Source of the DNA: an uncultured Erysipelotrichaceae bacterium
GTDB taxonomy: Bacteria > Bacillota_I > Bacilli_A > Erysipelotrichales > Coprobacillaceae
NCBI GenBank assembly: GCA_958421935.1
Contig: CATZMX010000001.1
Location: forward strand, 8,024-72,023
Length of the DNA: 64,000 nt
Direction: 5' to 3'
Shown: piece after piece, positions 28,794 to 38,577 of the stretch
Position numbering within the stretch: the stretch's first letter is position 1
How the letters are laid out: every line of letters begins with the position of its first letter
Notes under the pieces: model-generated
What the model was told of the DNA's origin: nothing
Seen by the model: the letters and a program-made list of their open reading frames with translations, nothing else
The model's database searches: none
Position numbers and translations under genes: made by a program

Positions 28794-29516
28794 TTGATTA
28801 AGTTAGAAAATGTAAATAAAGTATTTGGAAGTAATCATGTTCTAAAAGATATCAATTTAGAAGTTAAAGAAGGGGAAAAGCTTGTTATTTTAGGTCCAAG
28901 TGGTTCTGGAAAATCAACAACAATTCGTTGTATGAATTATTTGGAAGTACCAACAAGCGGAACTGTTTCAATTAATGGTGAAACCATTAATAAGAAAAAT
29001 AAAAATAAAATTGTTGGAAACAATATTTCAATGGTATTTCAACAATTTAATTTATATCCACATAAAACAGTATTAGAAAATCTTACATTAGCACTTATAA
29101 AAATTCACAAAATGAAAAAAGAAGATGCTAATGAAAAAGCCTTTCAATATCTAAGAAGAGTTGGATTAGAAAATAAGGCTTATGCTTATCCACAAGAATT
29201 AAGTGGTGGTCAACAACAGCGAGTAGCGATTGCAAGAGCACTTGTTACTAATTCAAAAATCGTTTTATTTGATGAACCAACCAGTGCCTTAGATCCAGAA
29301 ATGGTTAAAGAAGTTTTAGATGTTATGACAGATCTAGCAAAAGAAAACATTACCATGGTATGTGTCACACATGAGATGGGTTTTGCTAAACAAGTTGCAG
29401 ATCGTGTGGTGTTTATGGATGATGGCCGTATTATAGAAGAAGGTACACCTGTAGAGTTCTTTGAACATCCTACAACAGATCGTGCTAAAGCATTTTTAAG
29501 TAAAATTATGAGATAG
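28794..29516 (+). CDS. Amino-acid ABC transporter ATP-binding protein (GlnQ-like)
   Basis: Walker [10 protein letters not shown], signature [14 protein letters not shown], Walker [11 protein letters not shown]. Start chosen at TTG 28794 after a strong RBS; the track ORF begins earlier, at 28740. Confidence 0.85.
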   Translation: MIKLENVNKVFGSNHVLKDINLEVKEGEKLVILGPSGSGKSTTIRCMNYLEVPTSGTVSINGETINKKNKNKIVGNNISMVFQQFNLYPHKTVLENLTLALIKIHKMKKEDANEKAFQYLRRVGLENKAYAYPQELSGGQQQRVAIARALVTNSKIVLFDEPTSALDPEMVKEVLDVMTDLAKENITMVCVTHEMGFAKQVADRVVFMDDGRIIEEGTPVEFFEHPTTDRAKAFLSKIMR

Positions 29517-29528
29517 GGGGAAATCATA

Positions 29529-30326
29529 ATGAAAAAGTTAGGGAAAGTATTATTATCAAGTTTATTTTGTTTAAGTTTAGTGGGATGTGGAAGTTCTTCA
29601 AGTAGTTCTTCTAAATCTACTTTGGAACAGATCAAAGAAGATGGGGTATTAAAAGTAGGTGTTAAAGATGACCGAATTGGTTTTGGTTTAAAAAACACAA
29701 AAACTGGAGAATATGAAGGTTATGAAATTGAACTTGCTGATATGTTAGCGAAAGAAGTTATTGGTAAAAAAGCAAAAGTTGAATATACAGCAGTTGATGC
29801 TAAAACAAGAACAGGTCTTTTAGATAATAAAGAAATTGATTGTGTTATTGCTACATTTACAATTACTGATGAAAGAAAAGAATCATGGAATTTCTCAGAT
29901 TCTTATTATCGAGATAATGTAGGAATCTTAGCTAAAAAAGGAAAATATAGTAGTTTAAAAGATATGGATGGAGCTACAGTTGCCGTACAACAATCATCTA
30001 CTAGTAAAGATGCTTTAGAAGAAGCTGCTTCAAAAGTTGGTGTAAAATTAAATTATAAAGAATTCGCAAGCGCACCTGAATGTGTTTCAGCAGTTAACTC
30101 AGGAGCAACAGATGCTTATTCAATTGATGTTACTTGTTTAATGAGTTATTTAAATGATGATCTAGAAATTTTACCTGATCGTTTTTCACCACAAGATTTT
30201 GGAATTGCAACAAGAAAAGATGATAAAGAATTAGCTAAGAAAATTAATAAATTTATTAAAGAATTAAAGGATGACGGAACATTAGATAAATTACAAAAGA
30301 AATACAATATCGCACAGGAGGAATAG
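29529..30326 (+). CDS. Amino-acid ABC transporter substrate-binding lipoprotein
   Basis: Signal peptide with lipobox LVGCGSS. Periplasmic-binding-protein family 3 fold. Confidence 0.8.
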   Translation: MKKLGKVLLSSLFCLSLVGCGSSSSSSSKSTLEQIKEDGVLKVGVKDDRIGFGLKNTKTGEYEGYEIELADMLAKEVIGKKAKVEYTAVDAKTRTGLLDNKEIDCVIATFTITDERKESWNFSDSYYRDNVGILAKKGKYSSLKDMDGATVAVQQSSTSKDALEEAASKVGVKLNYKEFASAPECVSAVNSGATDAYSIDVTCLMSYLNDDLEILPDRFSPQDFGIATRKDDKELAKKINKFIKELKDDGTLDKLQKKYNIAQEE

Positions 30327-30329
30327 ACT

Positions 30330-31064
30330 ATGTTATTTAGAGGTTGGGATTTATTAATAAAAGATTTACCAGAGTTTTTACAAGCATTCTTCTTGGTGAC
30401 TATTAAAGTTGCAGCTATTGGTGCAATTTGTGCATTGGTGTTAGGAGTTCTCTTTGGACTTCTATCATCATCACGTCATAAGATTATTCGCTTTATTTCT
30501 AGATGTTACGTAGAATTATTTCAAAATACACCTGTGTTAATTCAAGTATTCTTTGTTTATATTGGTTTACCTTATTTAGGATTTAATTTAGATTCTACAA
30601 TTATTGCAGTAATTATTATTTCTTTATATCATGGAGCTTATATTAGTGAAGTAGTAAGAAGTGGAATTGAATCAGTACCACGTGGACAATATGAAGCAGC
30701 TAAATCTCAAGGCTTTTCATATTTAGAAACAATGATATATATCATTTTACCACAAACAGTAAGAATGATTTTACCACCACTTACAACGCAAATTGTAAAC
30801 CTCATTAAAAATACATCTATTTTACAAGTTATTGCTGGTGGTGATTTGATGTATATGGCTGATTGTTGGGCAGCTAATACAGGAATTACAGTACCACCTT
30901 ATTTAGTAGCAACAGTTTTATATTTTGCTATTTGTTATCCACTAACATGCTTATCAAGACATTTTGAAAAGAAGAGCTTAGAAGGATATAAACAAAAAGA
31001 AAAAGTCGTAGAAAAAGAAGTCATTATGAGACAACCTGCCATGGTGAAAGGGGTGCGCTTATGA
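30330..31064 (+). CDS. Amino-acid ABC transporter permease
   Basis: EAA-like loop SQGFSYLETMIYIILPQ (His/Glu/Gln/Arg/opine permease family). Confidence 0.8.
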   Translation: MLFRGWDLLIKDLPEFLQAFFLVTIKVAAIGAICALVLGVLFGLLSSSRHKIIRFISRCYVELFQNTPVLIQVFFVYIGLPYLGFNLDSTIIAVIIISLYHGAYISEVVRSGIESVPRGQYEAAKSQGFSYLETMIYIILPQTVRMILPPLTTQIVNLIKNTSILQVIAGGDLMYMADCWAANTGITVPPYLVATVLYFAICYPLTCLSRHFEKKSLEGYKQKEKVVEKEVIMRQPAMVKGVRL

Positions 31065-31774
31065 GTGAATTCATAAATTTAGTACAAACAGTTTTAACAC
31101 CTGATAACTTAAAATTCTTAGGAGAAGGTCTTATTCTTTCAATTAAATTCTCAATTATTGTTATATTTGGAAGTTTGGCTTTAGGAATAATTTTAGCTTT
31201 GACCCGTAATTATGCACCAAAACCATTAAAATTATTAAGTGTTTGTTATGTTGAATTATTTAGAAATACGCCCTTATTATTATGGATATTATTCGCTCGA
31301 TTTACCTTACCAAAAATGTTTAATATTTCAGCATTTCAAGCAATTGTAATTACTTTTATATTCTTTTGTGCAAGTGGATTATCAGAAATTGTTAGAGGTG
31401 GGTTAAAAGCTATAGGAAAAGGACAATTTGAAGCAGCTGAGTCCCAAGGCTTTACTTTTGTTCAAACAATCATATATATTATTTTACCCCAAACGATTAA
31501 ATTAGTTATTCCTCAATTGTTACAAACAATTATTACAATATTTAAAGATTCTTCTTATTTAAGTACAATTGGTGTAGTTGACTTTATGTATCAAGGTAGA
31601 CGTTTAATGGCTCATTTTTTCCAAGCAGATCAAATTATGTTTATCTTTGTTTATATGGCAGGAATTTACTTTATTATTAACTTTGCTTTATCGTTAGTAG
31701 TAAGACATATGACTTCAAAGAAACGTGAAGCTAAAAAACGTATGAAATTAAGTAGAAAGTTACAAACTGTATAG
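31061..31774 (+). CDS. Amino-acid ABC transporter permease (second subunit)
   Basis: Paralogous to the upstream permease (SQGFTFVQTIIYIILPQ). Overlaps it by 4 nt. Confidence 0.8.
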   Translation: MSEFINLVQTVLTPDNLKFLGEGLILSIKFSIIVIFGSLALGIILALTRNYAPKPLKLLSVCYVELFRNTPLLLWILFARFTLPKMFNISAFQAIVITFIFFCASGLSEIVRGGLKAIGKGQFEAAESQGFTFVQTIIYIILPQTIKLVIPQLLQTIITIFKDSSYLSTIGVVDFMYQGRRLMAHFFQADQIMFIFVYMAGIYFIINFALSLVVRHMTSKKREAKKRMKLSRKLQTV

Positions 31775-31787
31775 CCCCCTTATAAGG

Positions 31788-31812
31788 ACAATGGAAACAT
31801 TGTTCTTTTTTT
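31788..31812 (+). terminator. Rho-independent terminator
   Basis: acaatg-gaaa-cattgt hairpin followed by T7. Confidence 0.7.
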
Positions 31813-31818
31813 GTTGCT

Positions 31819-31875
31819 ATATATCGTTTAACGATATATAATAAAAGTGAAGAAAGTATCGTTAAACGATATAGG
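31819..31875 (+). promoter_or_regulatory. Two palindromic operator sites (TATCGTT-N-AACGATA) upstream of the PadR gene
   Basis: ATATATCGTTTAACGATATATA at 31819-31840 and GTATCGTTAAACGATATAG at 31857-31875. Both contain the same 5-7 bp inverted arms. Confidence 0.6.
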
Positions 31876-31886
31876 AGATGAAATAA

Positions 31887-32195
31887 ATGCCAAAAAGAGA
31901 AATGGAAGTATTAACCCCACAAATGTATTATGTATTACTTGTTTTACATCAACCAATGCATGGCTATGAAATTATGAATGAAATTACTCGAATTACTAAT
32001 GGAGAAATCACTGTAGGAGCAGGTTCTTTATATACTTTATTACCAAAGTTTGAAAAAGAATGTTATATCAAATTAGTAAAAGTGGTAAATAATAAAAAAA
32101 TTTATCAAATTACAAATCTAGGAAAAAAGAAATTACAAAAAGAAAAAGAAAGAATGCTTAAACAAATTTCATTATTAGATCAAATAGGAGGATAA
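31887..32195 (+). CDS. PadR-family transcriptional regulator
   Basis: 102 aa. Winged-HTH pattern LLVLHQPMHGYEIMNEI...GSLYTLLPKFEKECYI. Confidence 0.8.
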   Translation: MPKREMEVLTPQMYYVLLVLHQPMHGYEIMNEITRITNGEITVGAGSLYTLLPKFEKECYIKLVKVVNNKKIYQITNLGKKKLQKEKERMLKQISLLDQIGG

Positions 32196-32199
32196 AGAT

Positions 32200-33357
32200 A
32201 TGAAATACAAAGATGTCTTAAGAAATAGTTTGTATTTAGATGAAGAATTACAAGATTATTTTAATGAAATGTCTAAAAAAGGATGGCGTTTAGATTTCGT
32301 TGGTTATTATTATCGATTTATAAAAGATGAACATGTTTATAAGTATCAAATAGATTACACCCCTATATCTAGTGAATATCAAGATATTTTAAAGGAAATG
32401 GGGTATCACGAAGTAAGGAACTCATTTGATGATTTTAGAGTTTTAGAAAATGAAAATATTGATGCTCCTGATTTAAATACAGAATTTATTTTTGATAAAA
32501 ATAATAAAATGAAACAATTTAAAAAGCTTCGCTATTTTATTTATCCAATTTTAGCGTATTTCCTATTTTGGTTAGGTAAGATTTTTATAAAAGATATTAT
32601 AGAGATAGGTAAACATGTTCTTTATTATGAAGGATTTGGTTCATTGTTGATGGGGATTGTTTTTATTGTTTTATCATTTGTACTCTTATTTGTAACAATT
32701 TTAAATTTTTCTATTTTATATGCATTAAAAAATGATAAAGATTTAAAAAATTTAAAGAAGTTAAACAGTATTAAAGATCATTTAAGTATTCTATTTTATA
32801 TTTTGTTATTAATAAGTGGTGTTTTTTACTTATTAAAATCATTTATAACATTAGATTTAAAAGTCATTGTTTATCTTTTACTTACATGTATTATTGGTGT
32901 GATTTTATCACGTATTATTAAAGATAATAAATATAACAGTATGATTGCTACTTTTGTTGCTATTGCTATTTGTGGACTTATTTTTCCTCAGGTACAAATG
33001 GATGATTCATTATTTGAAAGTAGCACTGTTAAAACAAAAATCACAAATTATGAAAAAGATATAAAAGATACAACATGTACCTATCCACAATTAGATGTCT
33101 TGATTAAAAAAGATAAGTATAAAGATGAAATCTTTAAATACATCATTATCAAAACAGAACATGATACAAGAGATAATCAAAATTTTGAAAAAGCAGTAAA
33201 TACAAAATCTAATGTCTCATGGGACAGTAATAAAACACAATATGTTCATTATGAAAAAGCTATTCAATCTTTTAATAAAAAAGGAAATACATATGACAAT
33301 GGAACATATGTAATCAAAGTATTAAAAAATAGAATTATTACAAGATACAAACAATAA
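32200..33357 (+). CDS. DUF2812-like membrane protein with an extra C-terminal extracytoplasmic domain (paralog 1)
   Basis: N-terminus MKYKDVLRNSLYLDEELQDYFNEMSKKGWRLDFVGYYYRFIKDEHVYKYQIDYTP resembles the PadR-associated DUF2812 domain. It is followed by 4-5 TM segments and a domain of about 120 aa. Confidence 0.5.
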   Translation: MKYKDVLRNSLYLDEELQDYFNEMSKKGWRLDFVGYYYRFIKDEHVYKYQIDYTPISSEYQDILKEMGYHEVRNSFDDFRVLENENIDAPDLNTEFIFDKNNKMKQFKKLRYFIYPILAYFLFWLGKIFIKDIIEIGKHVLYYEGFGSLLMGIVFIVLSFVLLFVTILNFSILYALKNDKDLKNLKKLNSIKDHLSILFYILLLISGVFYLLKSFITLDLKVIVYLLLTCIIGVILSRIIKDNKYNSMIATFVAIAICGLIFPQVQMDDSLFESSTVKTKITNYEKDIKDTTCTYPQLDVLIKKDKYKDEIFKYIIIKTEHDTRDNQNFEKAVNTKSNVSWDSNKTQYVHYEKAIQSFNKKGNTYDNGTYVIKVLKNRIITRYKQ

Positions 33358-33371
33358 GGGAGGATAAGACG

Positions 33372-34547
33372 ATGAAACACAAATATGTTTTAAGAAATAG
33401 TTTGTATTTAGATGAAGAATTACAAGATTATTTTAATGAGATGTCTAAAAAAGGATGGCGTTTAGACTTTATAGGTTATTACTATCGTTTTAGTAAAGAT
33501 GAACATATTTATAAGTATCAAATAGATTACACTCCTGTATCTAGTGAATATCAAGAGCTTTTAAAAGAAATGGGTTATCATGAAGTAGAAAATGCTTTAT
33601 ATGATTTTAGAGTTTTAGAAAATGAAGATGAAGATGCTCCTGATTTAAATACAGAATTTATTTTTGATAAAAATAATAAAATAAAACAATTTAAAAAGAT
33701 TCGCTATTTTATTTATCCAATCTTAGCTTATTTCTTATTTGGTATTGGTAAGTTATTGATGATTGATTTCTTTGAAATTGGTTTTCCAATTGTTTATTAT
33801 GAAGGATTTACTAAATATTTTATCGTATTAATGATTTTTACTGTAGCTATAGGTATTTTGTTGTCATCTATTTTGAATTTGTCAATTTTATATGCTTTAA
33901 AATATGATAAAAGTTTAAGGATATTAAAGAAATTAAATGGTATAAAAGATTATTTGATCTTTGCTATTTCTATTATTTATTTGATAGGTATTATCGTTAC
34001 TTCTTTATTAAGTGCTAATGCTTTTTATATGATGTTTATACCAGTTATTATCATTGGTATATTACAAAAATTAAGTCCTACATTTAATACAAAACAAATG
34101 AGATATCTTTTTATGGCCATTCTTACATTATCTTTGTTTATAAATACGAATCAAAGTAAAAATCAATATGAAACTTTAGAACAAATAGATGATATTTATG
34201 AAAGTGAAACAGTTAAAACAAAAACCAGAGATTATGTTAAAGAATTAAAAGGTCAAGAGATTGTTTATTATGAAAGAAATATCACGATTAAAAAGGATTT
34301 ATATAAAAAAGGAATATTTAAGTTTATTGTTATTCTTACAGATTATGAAACAAGAGAAAATGAGGCTTATATTGATTTTTTAAATGATGATCATACTTAT
34401 CAATTTGATACAAATAAAATACATTATAAAAAATATGATCAAGCTATAAAATCTTTTAAGAAAAAAGGAAATACTTATACAAATAAAGATTACCAAATTG
34501 TATTAACAAAAAATAATATTAAAACAATTTACATAGGATCAAGGTGA
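33372..34547 (+). CDS. DUF2812-like membrane protein (paralog 2, tandem duplicate)
   Basis: The first 120 aa or so are nearly identical to the upstream gene (MKHKYVLRNSLYLDEELQDYFNEMSKKGWRLDFIGYYYRF...). The TM and C-terminal regions have diverged. Confidence 0.5.
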   Translation: MKHKYVLRNSLYLDEELQDYFNEMSKKGWRLDFIGYYYRFSKDEHIYKYQIDYTPVSSEYQELLKEMGYHEVENALYDFRVLENEDEDAPDLNTEFIFDKNNKIKQFKKIRYFIYPILAYFLFGIGKLLMIDFFEIGFPIVYYEGFTKYFIVLMIFTVAIGILLSSILNLSILYALKYDKSLRILKKLNGIKDYLIFAISIIYLIGIIVTSLLSANAFYMMFIPVIIIGILQKLSPTFNTKQMRYLFMAILTLSLFINTNQSKNQYETLEQIDDIYESETVKTKTRDYVKELKGQEIVYYERNITIKKDLYKKGIFKFIVILTDYETRENEAYIDFLNDDHTYQFDTNKIHYKKYDQAIKSFKKKGNTYTNKDYQIVLTKNNIKTIYIGSR

Positions 34548-34553
34548 TAAAAA

Positions 34554-35057
34554 ATGAAAAAGATAATATTATTAATATTAGTTGTTTTACTAACAGGGTG
34601 TGATATGAAAATAGTTGAAATGAAGCACTATGAAATAGATAAAATTCCCTACATATTTCCTTTAAAATATAAACAAAGTCATGAATCAAATGACTATTAT
34701 CATTGCTATCAACTAGATAAAAATAATAAAATTACTTTAAAAGCAATAGATGTTGAAAGTATGTCTAAAAGAAAAGAGGTTTATGCATTTTTAAAAAATG
34801 AAATATATCAAACATATCATACAGAAGAAAATGTTAAAAAAAGAAGTTATCAATCAGATAATACAGATAAGCCAGGTTATAGATATGAATTTAAAAATAA
34901 AAATAATAAAAAAGCAGGTGGACTTGTTTATGGAACATTTGCGACTAAAAATAAAGTCATTATTTTTAGTTATGAATATACTGCTGGTAGAGATGAAGAA
35001 CATGAATCGGAATATGAATATTTGATGAGTGATACAAAGTATGAAAATTATGATTAA
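34554..35057 (+). CDS. Hypothetical lipoprotein
   Basis: Signal peptide with lipobox LLTGCD. No recognisable domain. Confidence 0.5.
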   Translation: MKKIILLILVVLLTGCDMKIVEMKHYEIDKIPYIFPLKYKQSHESNDYYHCYQLDKNNKITLKAIDVESMSKRKEVYAFLKNEIYQTYHTEENVKKRSYQSDNTDKPGYRYEFKNKNNKKAGGLVYGTFATKNKVIIFSYEYTAGRDEEHESEYEYLMSDTKYENYD

Positions 35058-35083
35058 GGCACATGAAAATGTGTCTTTTTTAA
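35058..35083 (+). terminator. Rho-independent terminator
   Basis: gcacat-gaaa-atgtgtc hairpin followed by T7. Confidence 0.7.
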
Positions 35084-35140
35084 TAGAATTCCATCTTGAT
35101 AACAATTTATCAGAGGACTATAATATTCGCGGTGAGAAAT

Positions 35141-35929
35141 ATGAAAGATTATGGCGAAGTAGAACAGAATGTTGAACAATTAGAAAATGAATTAGAAGAA
35201 GTAGAAGAAGAGCTTGAACAAAAAGAAGAAGGCTTTCTAGAGTGTGAACGTTGGCGTTGTTTCTTATTATTGATTACTGTAGGTGGATTCTTTGGTGCTT
35301 ATACTTTTTCAGTCAAAGGTGGCGTTTTCTGTAATGCTCAAACAGCTAATATTGTTTTATTTGGGATGGCTTTAGGAAATATGGATTGGTCGAGAGCGGC
35401 TTATTTATTGATTCCTATTAGTTCTTATTTTATTGGAACCATGGTTTCTGAATATTTAGCTTTAAAAATAAAGAAATATAGAAAATTAAGATGGGATACT
35501 ATTTTAATTGGTATTGAAATTATAACGGTTATTATTCTTGGATTGTTACCAAGTAGTGTTCCAGATCAAGTCTTTCAAGTAACAATCAACTTTATCTGTG
35601 CTATGCAGTTTAATACTTTTAGACAAGCAGAAAAGGTTGGGATGGCAACAACTTTTGTCACAAATCATATTAGACAAACAGGAAGTTTCTTTGTTCGTTG
35701 GTTGAGAAAAAGACATGAAAAGAAATATTTAAATCGTTCTTTAAGACATTTATGTATGATTTTATGTTTTATAGCTGGAGCAATTTTTTCAACTGTTTTA
35801 TGTGCTTATTTTAAAGATCGTGCAATTTGGGGTGCCCTTATTTTCTTAGTTATTTTACAAGGGGACTTATTATATGCAGATTTAGTTAAAGAAAAAGAAT
35901 TATTAGATCAAGTTCCAAATGGGCATTAA
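35141..35929 (+). CDS. YoaK/DUF1275-family membrane protein with an acidic N-terminal coiled-coil extension
   Basis: Core region LLLITVGGFFGAYTFSVKGGVFCNAQTANIVLFGMAL matches DUF1275. Start chosen at the ATG at 35141 after a GGTGAG RBS; the track ORF begins at 35096. Confidence 0.55.
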   Translation: MKDYGEVEQNVEQLENELEEVEEELEQKEEGFLECERWRCFLLLITVGGFFGAYTFSVKGGVFCNAQTANIVLFGMALGNMDWSRAAYLLIPISSYFIGTMVSEYLALKIKKYRKLRWDTILIGIEIITVIILGLLPSSVPDQVFQVTINFICAMQFNTFRQAEKVGMATTFVTNHIRQTGSFFVRWLRKRHEKKYLNRSLRHLCMILCFIAGAIFSTVLCAYFKDRAIWGALIFLVILQGDLLYADLVKEKELLDQVPNGH

Positions 35930-35942
35930 CGCCCGTTTTTTC
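35915..35942 (+). terminator. Rho-independent terminator
   Basis: gggc-attaac-gccc hairpin followed by T6. Confidence 0.7.
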
Positions 35943-36012
35943 TTGTTTAAATCGTGTATTTCATGTATTATTATTGTGCTATGAGTATAAAAAATTAACG
36001 GAGGTAAAAGCT

Positions 36013-37089
36013 ATGAATGAAAGTATGTTAGATAGATTAGTATCTATGGAAAATAGATATGAAGAATTAGGTCATATGTTGATGGATCCAGATATTGGTA
36101 CTGATATTAAAAAAATGACAGATGTTACAAAAGAACAAGCTTCTTTACAAGCTGCTTATGATTTGTTTCAAGAATATAAAGAAGTAAAAGATGGTATTGA
36201 TGGTGCTAAAGAATTAATGAAGGAAAATGATCCTGAAATTAAAGAAATGGCAAAAATGGAATTAGATGAATTAGAAGAAAGAATGCCAGATATTATTAAA
36301 AAATTAGAATTAGAATTAATTCCTAAAGATCCAAATGATAATAAAAACGTTATCATGGAAATCCGTGGAGCTGCTGGTGGAGATGAAGGAAACATCTTTG
36401 CGGGTGATTTATATAGAATGTATGTAAAATATGCTGAAAGCCAAGGATGGAAAGTAGAAGTTATGGAAGCTGAAGAATCTGAAGCTGGTGGTTTCTCACT
36501 TATTTCATTCAACGTGATTGGTGATGGTGTTTATGGTAAATTAAAATATGAATCTGGATCACACCGTGTTCAACGTGTTCCTAAGACTGAAACACAAGGA
36601 CGTGTGCATACTTCAACTGCAACAGTATTAGTTATGCCAGAAATGGAAGAAGTGGATGTACAAATTAACAAAAGTGATTTAAGAATTGATACTTATCGTG
36701 CAAGTGGTGCCGGAGGACAACATATCAATAAAACAGATTCAGCTGTTCGTATTACTCACTTACCAACAGGAATTGTGGCAACAAGTCAAGATGGACGTTC
36801 TCAACATGATAACCGTGATAAAGCAATGAAAGCTTTAGTAGCACGTGTTTATGATTACTTCCAATCTCAACAAACAGAAGCAATTGATAGTGAAAGAAAA
36901 TCTAAAGTTGGTACAGGAGATCGTGCTGAAAAGATCAGAACTTATAACTATCCTCAAAACCGTGTAACAGATCATCGTATTGGACTTACAATTCAACAAT
37001 TAGATCGTATTATTGAAGGTAAATTAGATGATATTATTACAGCATTAATTAATGAAGATCAACGTCTTAAATTAGAAGGACAAAAATAA
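36013..37089 (+). CDS. prfA: Peptide chain release factor 1
   Basis: GGQ motif (RASGAGGQHINKTDSAVRITHLPTG) and an RF1-type recognition region. Start at the ATG at 36013 after a GGAGGT RBS. Confidence 0.9.
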   Translation: MNESMLDRLVSMENRYEELGHMLMDPDIGTDIKKMTDVTKEQASLQAAYDLFQEYKEVKDGIDGAKELMKENDPEIKEMAKMELDELEERMPDIIKKLELELIPKDPNDNKNVIMEIRGAAGGDEGNIFAGDLYRMYVKYAESQGWKVEVMEAEESEAGGFSLISFNVIGDGVYGKLKYESGSHRVQRVPKTETQGRVHTSTATVLVMPEMEEVDVQINKSDLRIDTYRASGAGGQHINKTDSAVRITHLPTGIVATSQDGRSQHDNRDKAMKALVARVYDYFQSQQTEAIDSERKSKVGTGDRAEKIRTYNYPQNRVTDHRIGLTIQQLDRIIEGKLDDIITALINEDQRLKLEGQK

Positions 37090-37946
37090 TGAAAACAGTT
37101 AGAGAATTAATTAAAGAAGCCGAAAGTAAATTAGATGATGAACATAAAGATGTCAATGTCGCAAAAGTCTTATTTTATCATCTTGCTAAAAAAGAACCTC
37201 ATGAACTTTATTTAATGATGAATGAAGAAGTAGAACCTGAATTAGAAAAAGCTTTTCTTGCAGGAATGGAAGAATATTATCAAGGAAAACCTATTCAATA
37301 TATCAAAGGATGTGAAAGTTTCTTTGGTAGAGATTTTAAAGTAAATGAAGATGTATTGATTCCTCGTTATGAAACAGAAGAATTAGTAGAAAATATTTTA
37401 TATCGTATTGATGATTACTTTAATGATTATAAAGAAATTCATTTATGTGATGTAGGAACAGGAAGTGGAGCTATTGCGATTACTCTTGCTTTAGAAGAAC
37501 CACGTTTAAAAGTTATTGCGACAGATATTTCTAAAGAAGCTTTAGTTGTCGCTCAAGAAAATGCGAAAACATTAGGAGCAAATGTTGAATTTAGAAATGG
37601 AGATATGTTACAACCTTTATTAGATACACATGAAAAAGTAGATATCTTTGTTTCTAATCCACCTTATATTCCTAATGATCAAGATATTGAAGCAATGGTT
37701 AAAGATAATGAACCTCATGTAGCATTATTTGGAGGAAATGATGGACTTTATTTCTATCGTAAGATTTTTAAAGAAGTAAAACCTTTATTAAATGATCGAG
37801 CTTTATTAGCTTTTGAAATGGGATTTGATCAAAGAGAATTGATGGAAACAGCAATCAAGGAATTCTTTGGAGATTATCCTTTTGAAATTATTAAAGATAT
37901 TAATGGAAAAGATAGAATGTTATTTATCTATTATAATTTAAAATAA
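37089..37946 (+). CDS. prmC: Release-factor glutamine N5-methyltransferase (PrmC/HemK)
   Basis: SAM-binding motif DVGTGSGAIAI and catalytic VSNPPYIP. Overlaps the prfA stop. Confidence 0.85.
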   Translation: MKTVRELIKEAESKLDDEHKDVNVAKVLFYHLAKKEPHELYLMMNEEVEPELEKAFLAGMEEYYQGKPIQYIKGCESFFGRDFKVNEDVLIPRYETEELVENILYRIDDYFNDYKEIHLCDVGTGSGAIAITLALEEPRLKVIATDISKEALVVAQENAKTLGANVEFRNGDMLQPLLDTHEKVDIFVSNPPYIPNDQDIEAMVKDNEPHVALFGGNDGLYFYRKIFKEVKPLLNDRALLAFEMGFDQRELMETAIKEFFGDYPFEIIKDINGKDRMLFIYYNLK

Positions 37947-37947
37947 T

Positions 37948-38445
37948 ATGAATATAGAAACAGAAAGACTCATAATCAAGCCACTTACATTAGATGATGC
38001 TAAACGTTTTAGTGAATATCGTGATAAAGAAGAAGTAGCAATGTATCAATCATGGGATGAATATCCCTTAAATAAGGCTATTAGCCGTATTGAATATTGT
38101 CAAAAGCATCCATTTCATGGACAAATTGGTAACTACCAATTTGGTCTTTATTTAAAAGAAAACAATCAGCTTATTGGAGATATCTTTATTGAAATAGATG
38201 GGCATACAACTTTTACTTTAGGATATACTTTAGATAGTGTTCACTGGTCTAAAGGATATGCAAGTGAAGCATTAAAGAGTGTATTTAAGGTAATGTATGA
38301 AACATATTCTTTTAAAATATGTTTATGTCATGTATATGAAGATAATATAAAATCAATTAAGCTATTAGAAAGAAATGGATTTGATAAAATCCATAAATCT
38401 TGGTTTTACCAAGATGTACTTTATCGTAAAATGTTAAATAAATAG
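37948..38445 (+). CDS. GNAT-family N-acetyltransferase
   Basis: 165 aa. RimJ/RimL-like N-terminus (ETERLIIKPLTLDDAKRF) and an acetyl-CoA-binding region. Confidence 0.65.
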   Translation: MNIETERLIIKPLTLDDAKRFSEYRDKEEVAMYQSWDEYPLNKAISRIEYCQKHPFHGQIGNYQFGLYLKENNQLIGDIFIEIDGHTTFTLGYTLDSVHWSKGYASEALKSVFKVMYETYSFKICLCHVYEDNIKSIKLLERNGFDKIHKSWFYQDVLYRKMLNK

Positions 38446-38577
38446 AGTTATTCATATTTTTATTAAAATGAGTTAAATGGATAATTCAAAATAAAAGGCA
38501 TCAATTTAAAGATGTCTTTTTTTAGTGACAAAATATTTAAAATAAACTCTATATAATGATTACGAGGTGGAAATAAA

